A stretch of DNA of 63,899 bases, filler included, from Octopus bimaculoides (GCF_001194135.2; 4 parts of 3 records of this genome joined end to end with filler, not necessarily neighbours in it), one strand, 5' to 3'; shown: positions 11,171 to 24,042, counted from the whole stretch's first letter. Notes: generated by a model not told the origin, from the sequence alone. Numbers and translations are program-made.

Positions 11171-11944
11171 ATATATATATATATANNNNNNNNNNNNNNN
11201 NNNNNNNNNNNNNNNNNNNNNNNNNNNNNNNNNNNNNNNNNNNNNNNNNNNNNNNNNNNNNNNNNNNNNNNNNNNNNNNNNNNNNNNNNNNNNNNNNNNN
11301 NNNNNNNNNNNNNNNNNNNNNNNNNNNNNNNNNNNNNNNNNNNNNNNNNNNNNNNNNNNNNNNNNNNNNNNNNNNNNNNNNNNNNNNNNNNNNNNNNNNN
11401 NNNNNNNNNNNNNNNNNNNNNNNNNNNNNNNNNNNNNNNNNNNNNNNNNNNNNNNNNNNNNNNNNNNNNNNNNNNNNNNNNNNNNNNNNNNNNNNNNNNN
11501 NNNNNNNNNNNNNNNNNNNNNNNNNNNNNNNNNNNNNNNNNNNNNNNNNNNNNNNNNNNNNNNNNNNNNNNNNNNNNNNNNNNNNNNNNNNNNNNNNNNN
11601 NNNNNNNNNNNNNNNNNNNNNNNNNNNNNNNNNNNNNNNNNNNNNNNNNNNNNNNNNNNNNNNNNNNNNNNNNNNNNNNNNNNNNNNNNNNNNNNNNNNN
11701 NNNNNNNNNNNNNNNNNNNNNNNNNNNNNNNNNNNNNNNNNNNNNNNNNNNNNNNNNNNNNNNNNNNNNNNNNNNNNNNNNNNNNNNNNNNNNNNNNNNN
11801 NNNNNNNNNNNNNNNNNNNNNNNNNNNNNNNNNNNNNNNNNNNNNNNNNNNNNNNNNNNATATATATATATATATATATAAATATATATGTAAGTATGCG
11901 TGTATGCATGTGTGTAATATGTATATATATGTATTTATGTATGT

Positions 11945-12396
11945 TTGTATAGGTTTTTAGTGCGTGTAAGTAGAAATGATCTATGTATTCACTTGTTTTG
12001 CCTGTATGTAAATAACGTATGTATATATTTTTATGCTGTTAGATTTCTGTAAGTAAATATTTTATTAAAAACAAACTTAATTTTATATTAATTTAACTTA
12101 TTTAACATTAATTGATTTCCTCTGGGCATGTATGTTTTTACCTAATATTTTGATTTTATACAATACGATATTTAAGCCCTTTAATTTTTGATGTTTTATG
12201 ACAGTTCCTTAAAAAAACCGTTAGTTGAAATCCAAATTCAAATGTGTATCTGTCAATGTAAATTATATAATATATTTATACGAATAACCTTAATTCTTCC
12301 ATTCTCAATCACAACTGTCCCACGAACGGGAACGTGAAAGTCTGAGTAGCAGTTTTTGTGATATTTTGTGATGCTTTTGCGGCTTTAATAATAAAG

Positions 12397-12397
<1 letters not shown>
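11945..12397 (+). mobile_element. PLE pseudo-LTR (family A), inverted relative to 9471-9865
   Basis: Reverse complement aligns with 9555-9830 and with 426-547; flanked by (TA)n. Confidence 0.75.
12313..12354 (+). ncRNA. Degenerate hammerhead motif, paralogue of 9587-9628
   Basis: AACTGT CCCACGA ACGGGAACGT GAAA GTCTGAG T A GCAGTT. It carries G5C and C15.2G in addition to U4C, so it is probably inactive. Confidence 0.65.
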
Positions 12398-12427
<30 letters not shown>

Positions 12428-12431
<4 letters not shown>

Positions 12432-13058
12432 AAATTCGTGGGTAAGACCGGAACAATGCAAAATAAATCCAAGGTAAATCACAAGAAAACTGGCATATGA
12501 ATTAATGGTAACCTACCCTGCATTCAATATTTCAAGATTATGAACCCTCTTCAGGAATTAGCGAATGTTGCAGATGTACATGCGTGTGAGTACGTGGGGA
12601 GTAGATATGCGCAGAAGGTTGTAGTTATAGCAACCAACTAGCTTCATGTAACTCTCTTCCGTTGTTGAAAGTCGGCTTCCGTTGGCGTATTAATATCGCT
12701 TCGGAGATTATAAGGTTGCCTCTGTTGCGCTGTTTTGCCCTGATGTGCACTGTGAACTCTAGCATTCTTGTAGATGTTTCTTCACGGAAGTGTCTTCTGC
12801 ATGTGTTTTTTTATGCATATGTGTAACTTTCTTGTTGTGCTTCCAAGAAAAGCTATAGCAACAACCTTCTGCGCATGTCTACTCATGTCTACTGAACATG
12901 TCTCCTCGCCACATACTCACATACATGTGCATCTGCAACCCTGAAATATTGAATGCAAGGTAAGTCACCATTAATTCATAGGCTTCTTTTCTTGTGATTT
13001 ACTTTGGATTTTTTTCGCATTGTGCCGGTCCTTCCCACGAATTTTGTACAATATATTC
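12428..13058. mobile_element. PLE remnant (family D): GIY-YIG C-terminus between inverted pseudo-LTR arms
   Basis: 12431-12630 is the reverse complement of about 12855-13055. The spacer read on the minus strand gives LIISEAILIRQRKPTFNNGREL, a GIY-YIG C-terminal pattern. (TA)n lies on both sides. Confidence 0.7.
12522..12558 (-). ncRNA. Possible minimal hammerhead motif
   Basis: Minus strand reads ATTC CTGAAGA GGGTT-CAT-AATCT T GAAA TAT T GAAT. Helix I is ATTC/GAAT, helix III is a very short palindrome, and there is an extra nucleotide at the helix II junction. Confidence 0.45.
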
Positions 13059-13074
13059 CACATAATGCTTCATT

Positions 13075-13114
<40 letters not shown>

Positions 13115-13666
13115 NNNNNNNNNNNNNNNNNNNNNNNNNNNNNNNNNNNNNNNNNNNNNNNNNNNNNNNNNNNNNNNNNNNNNNNNNNNNNNNNNNNNNN
13201 NNNNNNNNNNNNNNNNNNNNNNNNNNNNNNNNNNNNNNNNNNNNNAATGTAAACTTCTCCTCAGGGAAATGTATGGGAACCAGCTTAAACGTAAGACATT
13301 ATAACCGAGTATGAGAACTATAGTTGGATAAGGTTATAACGTAATTCATTTGAAAAAACCGTTGGAGATTAGGACGCTACCAGATAGTACGATGGACAAG
13401 AAAGGAAGAAAAAAAGAAAAGGAAAAAAGAAAAAGAGAAGGAAAATTCAGAGTGTAGAGTTGGGAGTAGATAGGATGATATAAATCCAATACAAAAATTT
13501 TGGAGAGGAATGTTATGTAATAAAAAGGCATTATAAATGGGGTTAATCCTGTGTTTCTATGAAAATATTGAGATGAATGTATATAATCATTTATACTTAT
13601 GTGTATGCGCATATATATACAAACAAACCCACATATGCTCCAATAAATACATATATGCATATCTAT

Positions 13667-13771
<105 letters not shown>

Positions 13772-13900
13772 CACATGTACACATAAATACACACATATAC
13801 ACATATATACACATCCATACCCATATATACATAAATACATACATACACACACATACACATACACACATATATATGCATCTACGTACATAAACATATACAT

Positions 13901-13949
<49 letters not shown>

Positions 13950-14731
13950 NNNNNNNNNNNNNNNNNNNNNNNNNNNNNNNNNNNNNNNNNNNNNNNNNNN
14001 NNNNNNNNNNNNNNNNNNNNNNNNNNNNNNNNNNNNNNNNNNNNNNNNNNNNNNNNNNNNNNNNNNNNNNNNNNNNNNNNNNNNNNNNNNNNNNNNNNNN
14101 NNNNNNNNNNNNNNNNNNNNNNNNNNNNNNNNNNNNNNNNNNNNNNNNNNNNNNNNNNNNNNNNNNNNNNNNNNNNNNNNNNNNNNNNNNNNNNNNNNNN
14201 NNNNNNNNNNNNNNNNNNNNNNNNNNNNNNNNNNNNNNNNNNNNNNNNNNNNNNNNNNNNNNNNNNNNNNNNNNNNNNNNNNNNNNNNNNNNNNNNNNNN
14301 NNNNNNNNNNNNNNNNNNNNNNNNNNNNNNNNNNNNNNNNNNNNNNNNNNNNNNNNNNNNNNNNNNNNNNNNNNNNNNNNNNNNNNNNNNNNNNNNNNNN
14401 NNNNNNNNNNNNNNNNNNNNNNNNNNNNNNNNNNNNNNNNNNNNNNNNNNNNNNNNNNNNNNNNNNNNNNNNNNNNNNNNNNNNNNNNNNNNNNNNNNNN
14501 NNNNNNNNNNNNNNNNNNNNNNNNNNNNNNNNNNNNNNNNNNNNNNNNNNNNNNNNNNNNNNNNNNNNNNNNNNNNNNNNNNNNNNNNNNNNNNNNNNNN
14601 NNNNNNNNNNNNNNNNNNNNNNNNNNNNNNNNNNNNNNNNNNNNNNNNNNNNNNNNNNNNNNNNNNNNNNNNNNNNNNNNNNNNNNNNNNNNNNNNNNNN
14701 NNNNNNNNNNNNNNNNNNNNNNNNNNNNNNN

Positions 14732-15060
14732 ACATCATCAGGAGGAACCATGTCCGGTTTCGGCCCCTACTCCTCTACCGTTTTGACGTGGCGGGGCCAC
14801 CCCCTTTCGGAGGTGTCTTCAGCTCTGGTGTTGGGTGCATGTCTTCTTTCACTGTTTGTGACTGTTCTAATTCAACTGTGGAATGTCCCTCGCTATGGTT
14901 ATTTTCCAGGAGGTTCTGGCCACACGTCTTACGGTTCATCAACCCGCGTTGTTGAATTACTTTCTTCCGACATACCTTCCCTTGGTGGATTAGGATCCAG
15001 TTAGCTGAAGACATCATCAGGAGGAACCACGTCCGGTTTCGGCCCCTATTCCTCTACCGT
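14732..15060. repeat. 279-bp unit followed by a 50-bp direct repeat of its own start; left end abuts a gap
   Basis: 14732-14781 and 15011-15060 differ at only 2 positions. Internal inverted repeat TGTCTTCAGCT / AGCTGAAGACA. Confidence 0.85.
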
Positions 15061-16204
15061 ACAATCGCACACACATATATATTTTTTATGTATTTGTTGT
15101 TACATGTATTTGTATAGAGACTCATACGCAATTTAATGCATTCCTTAGTACGTATAAATTACTGCCGATGTGTGGTAATTATTGATAAAGTAGAGGGATA
15201 TTTATCTGAAGGTAATTCATATATTAGTGAATGAGATGTTAAATGATTGAAAATTAATTAATGAATAAAAGAATAATAAAGTTAATGGGTTGTCTATTAA
15301 TCTACATGAAATGATTACTTTATTATTATATGTAAGAACAGTTGGGCTGAATTAGGGGTTGAAAGAGTAAATATTGCTTAAGAAGACAAAGTTAATTTTA
15401 TAAATAAGGTTTACTACAGTAATTCCGTAACATATTTATTAGTGTAAAAGATTTATCGAGATTTGAAAATCACAATATATTATGTTGATCAGTAAATTAT
15501 TCGTCATATAATAATGAGATATTAAAATGATTGGGATATATCTTGTTACGAGAATAAATACTTAAACTATGACTGATAAAAATTAAGGATGTTTCTAGGA
15601 ACGTTGAAATGATGAATTAGGATCGTAGATTTAGAAAACTCACTAAGAAAGCCAGGAACATAAATAACTCTTATTATTGCTAAACAAATTGGTGAACAAA
15701 TTGGAAGTCGTAAATTAATGATATTGAGGTACTATGAAATATGGAAAAGAAGAAGTAAGGTTAATAAAGCATTGCATATTATGTAATTGTTGTGGGTGAA
15801 TTTTACTATGAATTAAACCAAAAATAATGCACTGTTTTATGTTCAAAGATTTTATACGCGTTCTAATTTAGGTTAACAAATAAAGAATGTTTAGATAAAT
15901 TATGTCAATCGTAATCAATCTATGATATATTTTAACATATGAGGGAGTTAATGTCATGTTTTACTAGAACTATTTGAGGAACTCATGTATTACGGGTTAA
16001 TATGATAGCGTATTATAAATAAGTGATTGTTATTTAAATGCTGAAAACACGTGTTGCTGCCAATGTTTACATCTGTAAGAGTTTTCGATGAACGTGTTTA
16101 CCAGTTTATTCTTTGAAAACAATATAAAGTATAGTTCAGTATTACATAAGGAACAGAACCTTCCACCCTTTTCATATGGCCTAGAGGTAGAAAGAATTAT
16201 ATAT

Positions 16205-16330
16205 ATATATATTATCTTTTACTTCTTTCAGTCATTAGAGTGCGGCCATGCTTGGAGATGTAAACACACCGACACTGCTTGACAAGCGATGATAAGGGAC
16301 AAACACAGACGAAATGACACACACACGTAA
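16205..16330 (-). mobile_element. Internally deleted SINE family A fragment
   Basis: tttcagtcattagagtgcggccatgc is joined to gtaaacacacc...gacaaacacagac; both pieces match 19146-19521. Confidence 0.7.
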
Positions 16331-16334
16331 TCAA

Positions 16335-17545
16335 TAATTACCATTTTTTTTGTAGACCTGTGGTGCCAAAGAAGTTATCAGGCATAGCTATTTGCAAGTG
16401 TCCCAAAGGAGTTGTGAAAGCACTTTTGTATTGCACATTCAGTTTTTCCCTTATCCTCTAGAGGCCTGCAACGAGTGAGCTATTTTCTTCGAACAAAGGC
16501 CCCTATCTTGTACTGTACTGACGCGGACTCTTTTGCAAATGTAGGCTTTAGGATTTGTCCTTTCATTTTTTACAGCCGTGGCTTCTTTTTCTTCCCTTTG
16601 GCCTGTTTAGACGGTTTGAGATCTTTGTTCGTCGTCTCACTAGAATCTTCCTATCCCTGGGAATTATGTTTTTCTGTCGGTTTGACATTCTGAAGTAAAC
16701 TTACCGCATATGTCATGCATGATTGCTATAAAGTGATGTAGCTTTAAGTTAATATCTTGCGTTGACCAGTTTTGTTTCATGACCTCTTTCTGAATACCTT
16801 TCCAGTAAGCTTTATGAAAGTTTAGGCTTGAAAAGAGTTGGGTGGTCCTAGTAGCTTGCATGTCTGCAGTTTTCTGCGGACAATACATTGTTAGTTCTAC
16901 TAAGTTATGGTCTGAGAAAATTGTCTGTGTCACCTTAACATTATGAATGAGTGCCGTGTTATTTGTGAAGCAGAGGTCGGAACATTTTTACCACTTGTTG
17001 GGTGGAGCACTGTTTGCTCCGTAAATAGCATGTTTGTGAGGTCAAGTAGAGACTCTGTTTACCTCTGTTCATACAATGACATACCTGAGAGAAGGCGTCC
17101 CTCAGGCCTTTTGATATTGAGAAGTTTAAGTATCCTAGAAGAAATATGTGAAAGCTGCCTTCTAGGTTGGTTAATACTTCTATCTTTTTGAGGCTCTCTT
17201 CGAATGAGCTCCTATGATTTAGAGAATCTGGTGGGTGATATGTAGTACATATTACCATTTGAACTGTTTATTGTGTATTGCCTGAGTGTCACAGAAGGAG
17301 TTGAGTGTGTTAGCAGAACTACAGGGGTGACATCTTCCCAGATGTAAATTACAACTCCACTATGAGTTCTTCTCACCTGTCAGTTTGAAATGCAACATAC
17401 TTTGGTATGTGTATCTCAGTGTCTACCATGTCAGCGGTCAGATGTGTTTCTGTTAGTGTCATGCATATTGCTTGATTAAATGTAACTAAATCTTCAGGCT
17501 TTGCGCTGGCAGGATGTTACAAGGCACCTGAGATTCAGCAGGAAA
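16335..17545 (-). mobile_element. CR1-type LINE fragment (APE endonuclease plus linker)
   Basis: Minus-strand translation gives LTETHLTADMVDTEIHIPKY, TYHPPD, LGYLNF, IFSDHNLVEL and SLNFHKAYW. No RT is present. Confidence 0.8.
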
Positions 17546-17764
17546 ATTGGTTTGACTATGTGTGTGTGTGTGTGTGTGTGTATGTGAGTGTGTAATAACC
17601 AATATAAATGATGGTTTGTTCGTGGTTGATTTCTCCACTTACACTTTATATCATACACAAAAGAGAAGAGACAATAAAAGAGGATACAAAGAGAGTTAAC
17701 TTGAGAGTTAGAGGATGAGTGCACCTACAAGGCTTGGTGTAAAGGAATATCCCCACCACACACA

Positions 17765-17765
<1 letters not shown>

Positions 17766-17845
<80 letters not shown>
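17766..17845. repeat. (GA)n microsatellite running into a gap
   Basis: Perfect dinucleotide run. Confidence 0.95.
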
Positions 17846-18440
17846 NNNNNNNNNNNNNNNNNNNNNNNNNNNNNNNNNNNNNNNNNNNNNNNNNNNNNNN
17901 NNNNNNNNNNNNNNNNNNNNNNNNNNNNNNNNNNNNNNNNNNNNNNNNNNNNNNNNNNNNNNNNNNNNNNNNNNNNNNNNNNNNNNNNNNNNNNNNNNNN
18001 NNNNNNNNNNNNNNNNNNNNNNNNNNNNNNNNNNNNNNNNNNNNNNNNNNNNNNNNNNNNNNNNNNNNNNNNNNNNNNNNNNNNNNNNNNNNNNNNNNNN
18101 NNNNNNNNNNNNNNNNNNNNNNNNGGGGGGGGGGGTGCGTATATTTTCCTTTAAAGCGCTTTAGCACTTTTCAAGCACAATCTATCCACTTTCCCTGTGT
18201 ATGTAATTTACATGTTACAACGACGACGTCAACCTGCAATTGGTTACTCTTTAACTCGCAACAACAGATTTAACATTGTTAACGTTCGGTGTAAATCTTT
18301 GTTGTGGATTTGGCGCTGGCAACCATATGTAATGTTTGCGATTTGCTGAGAATTAAACGGTACTGTGAACCCAGCAGACAATGTATCCAAAGACAAATAT
18401 ATACTATAGAGCTACTGAACAAACTGCCATGTTTTAACAG

Positions 18441-18495
18441 AGGAAGAAGAGGTGATTGGAGAGCAATGTTTGGTGTGGGAGCTAGAAATGTACTC
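18441..18495 (+). CDS. Candidate exon of an unidentified host gene (phase 1 to 2: EEEVIGEQCLVWELEMY)
   Basis: Acceptor gttttaacag and donor GTAAGT; open frame; phase fits the next candidate exon. Confidence 0.35.
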
Positions 18496-18923
18496 GTAAG
18501 TGCTTCAGGCAAATATAAGTATTAATGGCTTGTAAAAGCATATGAATTCAGGTAGATACATGGAAACAATTCAAGGAGAGAATTAAGCAATGAAATTGAT
18601 ATAATATTTTGACAGATAAAACTGAATAATTTTTCATTTCAACGGAAGGTACTTACGTATTTCTCACTGTTAAACACCACAATAAATTTCGTTTAATAGG
18701 CTTTCTATAACTTTAAGATGACAAAGAAGACTTTTAGTTCTCGAACAAAGACAGAACAGAAGTAATTATTAATTTTGTGCTTGTACCGCATTCTGTTTAT
18801 GATGTGAAAAATTTGGAAGAAATTGACATATATATTTTGAAGAGCGGCAGATGGAAACAGTTAAAATATAAGAAAGCTAATATCATGTAATAATTTAATA
18901 CTTTGACTGGAAAATGGTGATTA

Positions 18924-18966
<43 letters not shown>

Positions 18967-19145
18967 GCACGCACGCACGCGCGCACACACACACACACGC
19001 ACACACACACACACACACACATGCACACACACACATACACTCACAAAGACACGCACACACACATGCACACACATACGCGCGCACACAAATACACGCACAC
19101 ACACATACACCCCTACATATATATATACACATGCATTATATATAT

Positions 19146-19521
19146 GTATTCTTTGTTTCAGTCATTTGACTGCGGCCATGCTGGAGCACCGCCTTTTGTC
19201 GAACAAACCAACCCCAGGACTTATTCTTTGTAAGCCCAGTACTTATTATATCGGAAACTTTTGCCGAATCGCTAGGTTTCGGGGACGTAAACACACCAAC
19301 ATAGGTTGTCAAACGATGGTGGGGGGACAAACACACAGACACACACACAAATATATATACGACGGGCTTCTTTCAGTTTTTGTCTTCCAAATCCACTCAA
19401 GGCTTTGATCGGCCCAAGGCTATAGTAGAAGACACTTGCCCAAGATGTCACACAGTGGGACTGAACCCGGGACTATGTGGCTTGGAAGCAAACTTCTTAC
19501 CACACAGCCACTCCTGCGCCT
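19146..19521 (-). mobile_element. Full-length octopus tRNA-derived SINE, family A
   Basis: Matches the copies at 49406-49800 and 55205-55580. The head has A-box and B-box-like motifs (gtggtaag...gggttcagtccc) and the tail is gactgaaacaaag. Confidence 0.9.
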
Positions 19522-19589
19522 ATATATACATATGCTTTTTTTAGTTTCAGCTCTAGAGCTGCAGCCATGCTGGGATACCGCCGCCAGCT

Positions 19590-21930
19590 TTGCTACACTT
19601 TCACTACTTGAAACCTCGTCCTCATATGTCACAGTTGGTGAGGGAGTTTGGTGAGGGAGTTTGATATTGCTGCCCTCATTTGTGCTTCCTACCACGAGCT
19701 CGGTTCATCGGAACTCTTGGCAGAAGAAGATCTAGTTCTGTTTTAAAGACACTTACAGCCACCCGACGTAGGTCTTTCAACATTTTTGGGATGATAGTGA
19801 AGGGCTGTGGGCCCTTAAAACCCAAGCTGTTGTAGTATCTGGTCCTGAATCTTGATGGCGATGTTGGGATTTTTGGCACTATGCAGTGGTACCCCGTTCT
19901 GCTCTTCGTGTAACTTTCAATGCCAAAAATTTTCCAGATGTATGCCACTGCATATCTTTCCATGAGAGCATTTCAGATTTTTCTCAATCTCCATCGGTGT
20001 TGTTTTCGGGTGGTATTTTTCATTATTATCGAGTTCTCTGTTTAGGTGGTTTGCAATCTTTGCGCACCGTCTCATAAGAACTTTGTCTGGGAATTTGTTT
20101 TTATGTACAGTGGCCTTTCTTTCTGGGACAAACTCGAAGCATATGACTTGCATTACGGATATGAATTCATTTAGCTTCATGACGATGTTAGATGTGGAAA
20201 GACATAGAGGCCAATTGTGTTTGATGATCTTCACAAACAATTTCCAGTCTGCGTTCTGGAAGTTCAGATTTAATAGATTTTAGGTGCTTCTCATAGGGTG
20301 CACGTCAGGGGATTCCTTTGATCCATGTTTGGTCAGCTCTATTATATTGTGATCTGAGACTAACCTTGGTGTTACTTTCACATTATGGATGAAATCTATA
20401 TTGTTTGTAAAGCAGAGATCAAGTATAGTGCTTGTCCTGGTTGGTTACTATACTACTTGCTCCGTGTATAATGTGTTGGTGAGCTTGAACAGGTATTCCA
20501 CCTGCCTTTGTTCGTACCGCGTCACTCCTTAGAGAAAATGACCCTCAGACCATCCTACGTTGGTCAGGTTGAAGTCTCCCATGAGGAATATATTACTGTG
20601 TTGTTCTAATTTGGTTAGGACAGCTATATTTGCAAGGCAATCTTCAAATAGATCCATGTGATTTGGAGCTCCTGGTGGGAGATAGTAGTACATATAACTA
20701 TATCGATTTGTGTTATATATATACAATTAGTGTGTCACACGCCAAGTTTGAGCATGACAAAAAGATCTGGGGCATGATGTCTTCACGGAAGTTCATTGCA
20801 ACTCCACCATATAGCATACTTTGGTATATGTATTTCTGCATCTGCGATATCGGAGTTTTGGTGTGTTTCGGTGAATGCTATGCACGAGGCTTGATTGCAC
20901 GCCACAGGGTTTCTCAGGAAAAGAATGTTGGTACTGTTATTGAGTTGTAACAGTCCTCTAATGTTTAGTAAGAGTATCGATGTGACATCTGCGCTGATCC
21001 CAGTAGTGACCACCATGGATCCATTAGCTGTAGTGGTCTTGTCTGTTGGTGGAGATGACTTGAGGCTAAGTCCGTTGCCGTACAGTCTTTTGTACCATGC
21101 ATAAAAAGATTGTAACTCAGCTGCAACCCTTATGTAGTATCTATACTGGGCTGACTATTGGAGGTAGTGCACGCTACATCAGCGTATTTTCGTTTTGGTG
21201 CAGGCTACTTTATCCCCTTTGGGGCTTTTGTTTATACTTTGATCCCTTTGGAGGAATGTTTTGTCCTGGCACATGCAGCTGTGTCACGGTTTTGGGTGTG
21301 GGAAACCGCAGTTTGCACTATTGGCTGCATGCGAGCAGACACCGCACAGATGGTATTTACACACCCATGTGTGCTTTCTCTTCTTTTCATTTCTATTATT
21401 TGGGGCATCTTTCTTGTCCCTGTGTTTGTTTTCTTTTTAACTATTGGTACGTTCGCATATTGACAGTCTAACTTATTTCTTTCCTTGCTTCTTCTTGGGA
21501 GCTGTTTTTATTTTCTTCCTCTTTTATAGTTGTGTCATCATCACCATTTTTGTTTCTGTTTGTTTCCAGAGGCTTTTGCTATCTTTTTATCTTCATTTTC
21601 TTTTCCTTTTCTTTTTAACCCTTTCGTCACTTTGGTTATTTGCATTGGTGGTGTTAGAGTCATTAGTGCTGGTATTTTCTTTCTTGACAGATATCTTACT
21701 CATGGTCTCATCTTTGTTTGCTTGGAAGTAAGTACAGCCAAGGGAACATCCCTCACTCACATCAGTCTCTCCATCTTTGTCATCTTATTCAAGTTTGTTT
21801 TCAAAGATGCTAATGTGCGGTCTGATGAGAGCATAGGAGCGGTTGAATTCTTGTTTCTTTTGCTCCATATAGGCTGTGGTTCTTGTGTAACTACTGCTCT
21901 TTAGTGCTGCTGTTATTATAGTTTAGGTTG
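19590..21930 (-). mobile_element. CR1-type LINE with ORF1 (CCCH-type zinc finger), endonuclease and 3' end; the RT is deleted
   Basis: ORF1 motif CKYHLCGVCSHAANSANCGFPHP (~21293-21366); LLLNIRGL, FTETH, GDFNL; the linker EIEKNLKCS is joined at about 19966 directly to ERYAVAYIWKI...NSLGFKGPQ. Confidence 0.85.
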
Positions 21931-22809
21931 TCCCCTTCCGATATTTTCCAACCTCTCAAAAATAATCCCAATTCTGGACTCCTCCAGTTTCGAGACATCT
22001 TTAATCTGATTACGGCTGTTTCATCCTGTATATATTTAGAGAGAGATAGAGATAGAGAGAGAAAAAAGAAAAAAAATGTGCAGATTTGTATTGATCTACG
22101 AGTGGATATACTTATGCAGAGATAGGGAGTGGGAGAGAAAAGGAAATGTATAAATTGCGTAGTCCTATGAGTGAATATATCTATATGTGAGACACAGAGA
22201 ATAATCTATATATGTATGCTTGAATATATATCACTAATCTTTCTATAGATGCGTTTATGTATTTCTTTTGCAAGATTCCTAATGTGAAATCGTGTGTTGA
22301 AACAAATATTCTATGAAAGACAGAATGAACTAAGCAGGACAGTTGGAGATACGCTGAAGAGGTCACAAAATGTGTGATGAAAGATTTCAGATAAAAATAA
22401 GAATAATAATAAAACTGAACGAGCAGATAGTGCGTGTGGTTATTTGGTAAAATAAAAAAAATAACCATCCCGAAATATAACAATTTCTATAGGTATATTC
22501 CTATGTACGCACATAGATCAATTGATAGAGATACGGAGGGGGATGTGAGAAGGGAGATCCGTAGAAATTAAGTAATTAATTCATGAATTAGAGTGCTGAA
22601 ACAGACTGCAGCACATGTACAGTCAAAAGATATAAAGCAGGAAAAGTTACCGATCAGTTTATGACTTTATCACGTTTCACAAATCGATGTGTTTAACGGC
22701 AGGCGAAGTCACGAAGTGTAAGTGTAAACAAAGCTACTTTTGGATACGATATAGTGGTTCGTAAAAGTATAACACCTTACGTTTAACTATAAATGATATC
22801 TTTTACAAG

Positions 22810-22860
22810 TCATTACTTATGTCCGTTCATCATGACACGTGTGCATGAATCCAATGGAAG
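22810..22860 (+). CDS. Candidate exon (phase 2 to 2: HYLCPFIMTRVHESNG)
   Basis: Acceptor tatcttttacaag (weak) and donor AG/GTATTT. Only one frame is open, and it fits both neighbours. Confidence 0.3.
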
Positions 22861-22938
22861 GTATTTTAACACAGGCAGATATTTCGTAGATTGAGCTTGA
22901 ATTTTATCATAATGTGTTTTATTACATATAATCATTAT

Positions 22939-23038
22939 NNNNNNNNNNNNNNNNNNNNNNNNNNNNNNNNNNNNNNNNNNNNTTAATTAATTAANNNNNN
23001 NNNNNNNNNNNNNNNNNNNNNNNNNNNNNNNNNNNNNN
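22939..23038. other. Synthetic scaffold-join spacer (44 N + TTAATTAATTAA + 44 N)
   Basis: Exactly 100 bp; the same construct recurs at 45364 and 62161; the 12-mer gives stops in all six frames. Confidence 0.95.
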
Positions 23039-23082
<44 letters not shown>

Positions 23083-23104
23083 ATTTATACATATACGTAT
23101 ATAT

Positions 23105-23260
23105 GGCGGTTGTGTACTCCTTATGCAGTGTTAACGTAGTTGTCATGGAGATTCAGTGTGACACAGAATGTGACAAAGCAAGTCCTATGAAATACAGGTA
23201 CTACTCATTTTTGCAGGCTGAGTAGACTACAGCAGCATGAAATAAAAACGATACCGATTA
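23105..23260 (-). mobile_element. SINE family C fragment
   Basis: Reverse complement resembles 60215-60330 (gctccagt...cagc...gta...cagccttgtcacattctgtgtc). Confidence 0.55.
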
Positions 23261-24042
23261 CTGGAACAACACGAAATAAAGAGGATACAGATTACTCACA
23301 ATGCAATACAAAAGAAACAAAATGTAAAAGTAATCCAAAATTATTGATTCTTAAAATTGAAATGAAAGGTCAAGCAATTCTTAAATTAGTTTAAAAGACA
23401 TTAAAAGCAAAAGATGTTATAATGACATTTTTTATTGCTTATTAAACATTTAAATCAATCACTAAAAACACGAACTTAGAGAAAACAAAAATGCATATGT
23501 ATTAATCTTAATTAAGCAATCAATCAAAGTTCTAACGATCGTCATCGTGGGTGTTTAGGTATCAATAAACAAAATGGGAGACAGATACCAGGAGACTTGC
23601 GTAATATCGTATGTACATTGATCAAACACAGTCAGGCGATTAACAACTATTTATGGTTAAAAATTAATAAATACTACGAAAATATTCAATATAAATAATC
23701 GTTCTGAAATTACACCATATTTCATTAATAAATCAATATTTATTTGAACACACAATTCTGGTCAAATTTAGAAGTACAAATAAAAAATAGTGGAAAGAAG
23801 AGAATAAAAAGAAAAAAAATTAAGTAGGATGAGATTGATAAAATAGATAAAAATTTATCTATATTAGGAAATCAGGTGCGATCCTGGCTAATATGTAAAT
23901 ATGACTTTTATATTCTGGTGTTTTTTTTTTTCACACAGTATGAAAGTAATTGAAGTAAATACGTTTAAATCAGCATCTTCAGGCTCAAACTCTTGTTGCA
24001 TGAAAATAATTAAAAATCTTAGATTACTGATGCGACATGATT

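Noticed and set aside
15100-16080. AT-rich tracts that may be old PLE coding remnants (also 28080-29030, 31330-31880, 51130-51720)
   Set aside because: No motif could be read with confidence in any frame.
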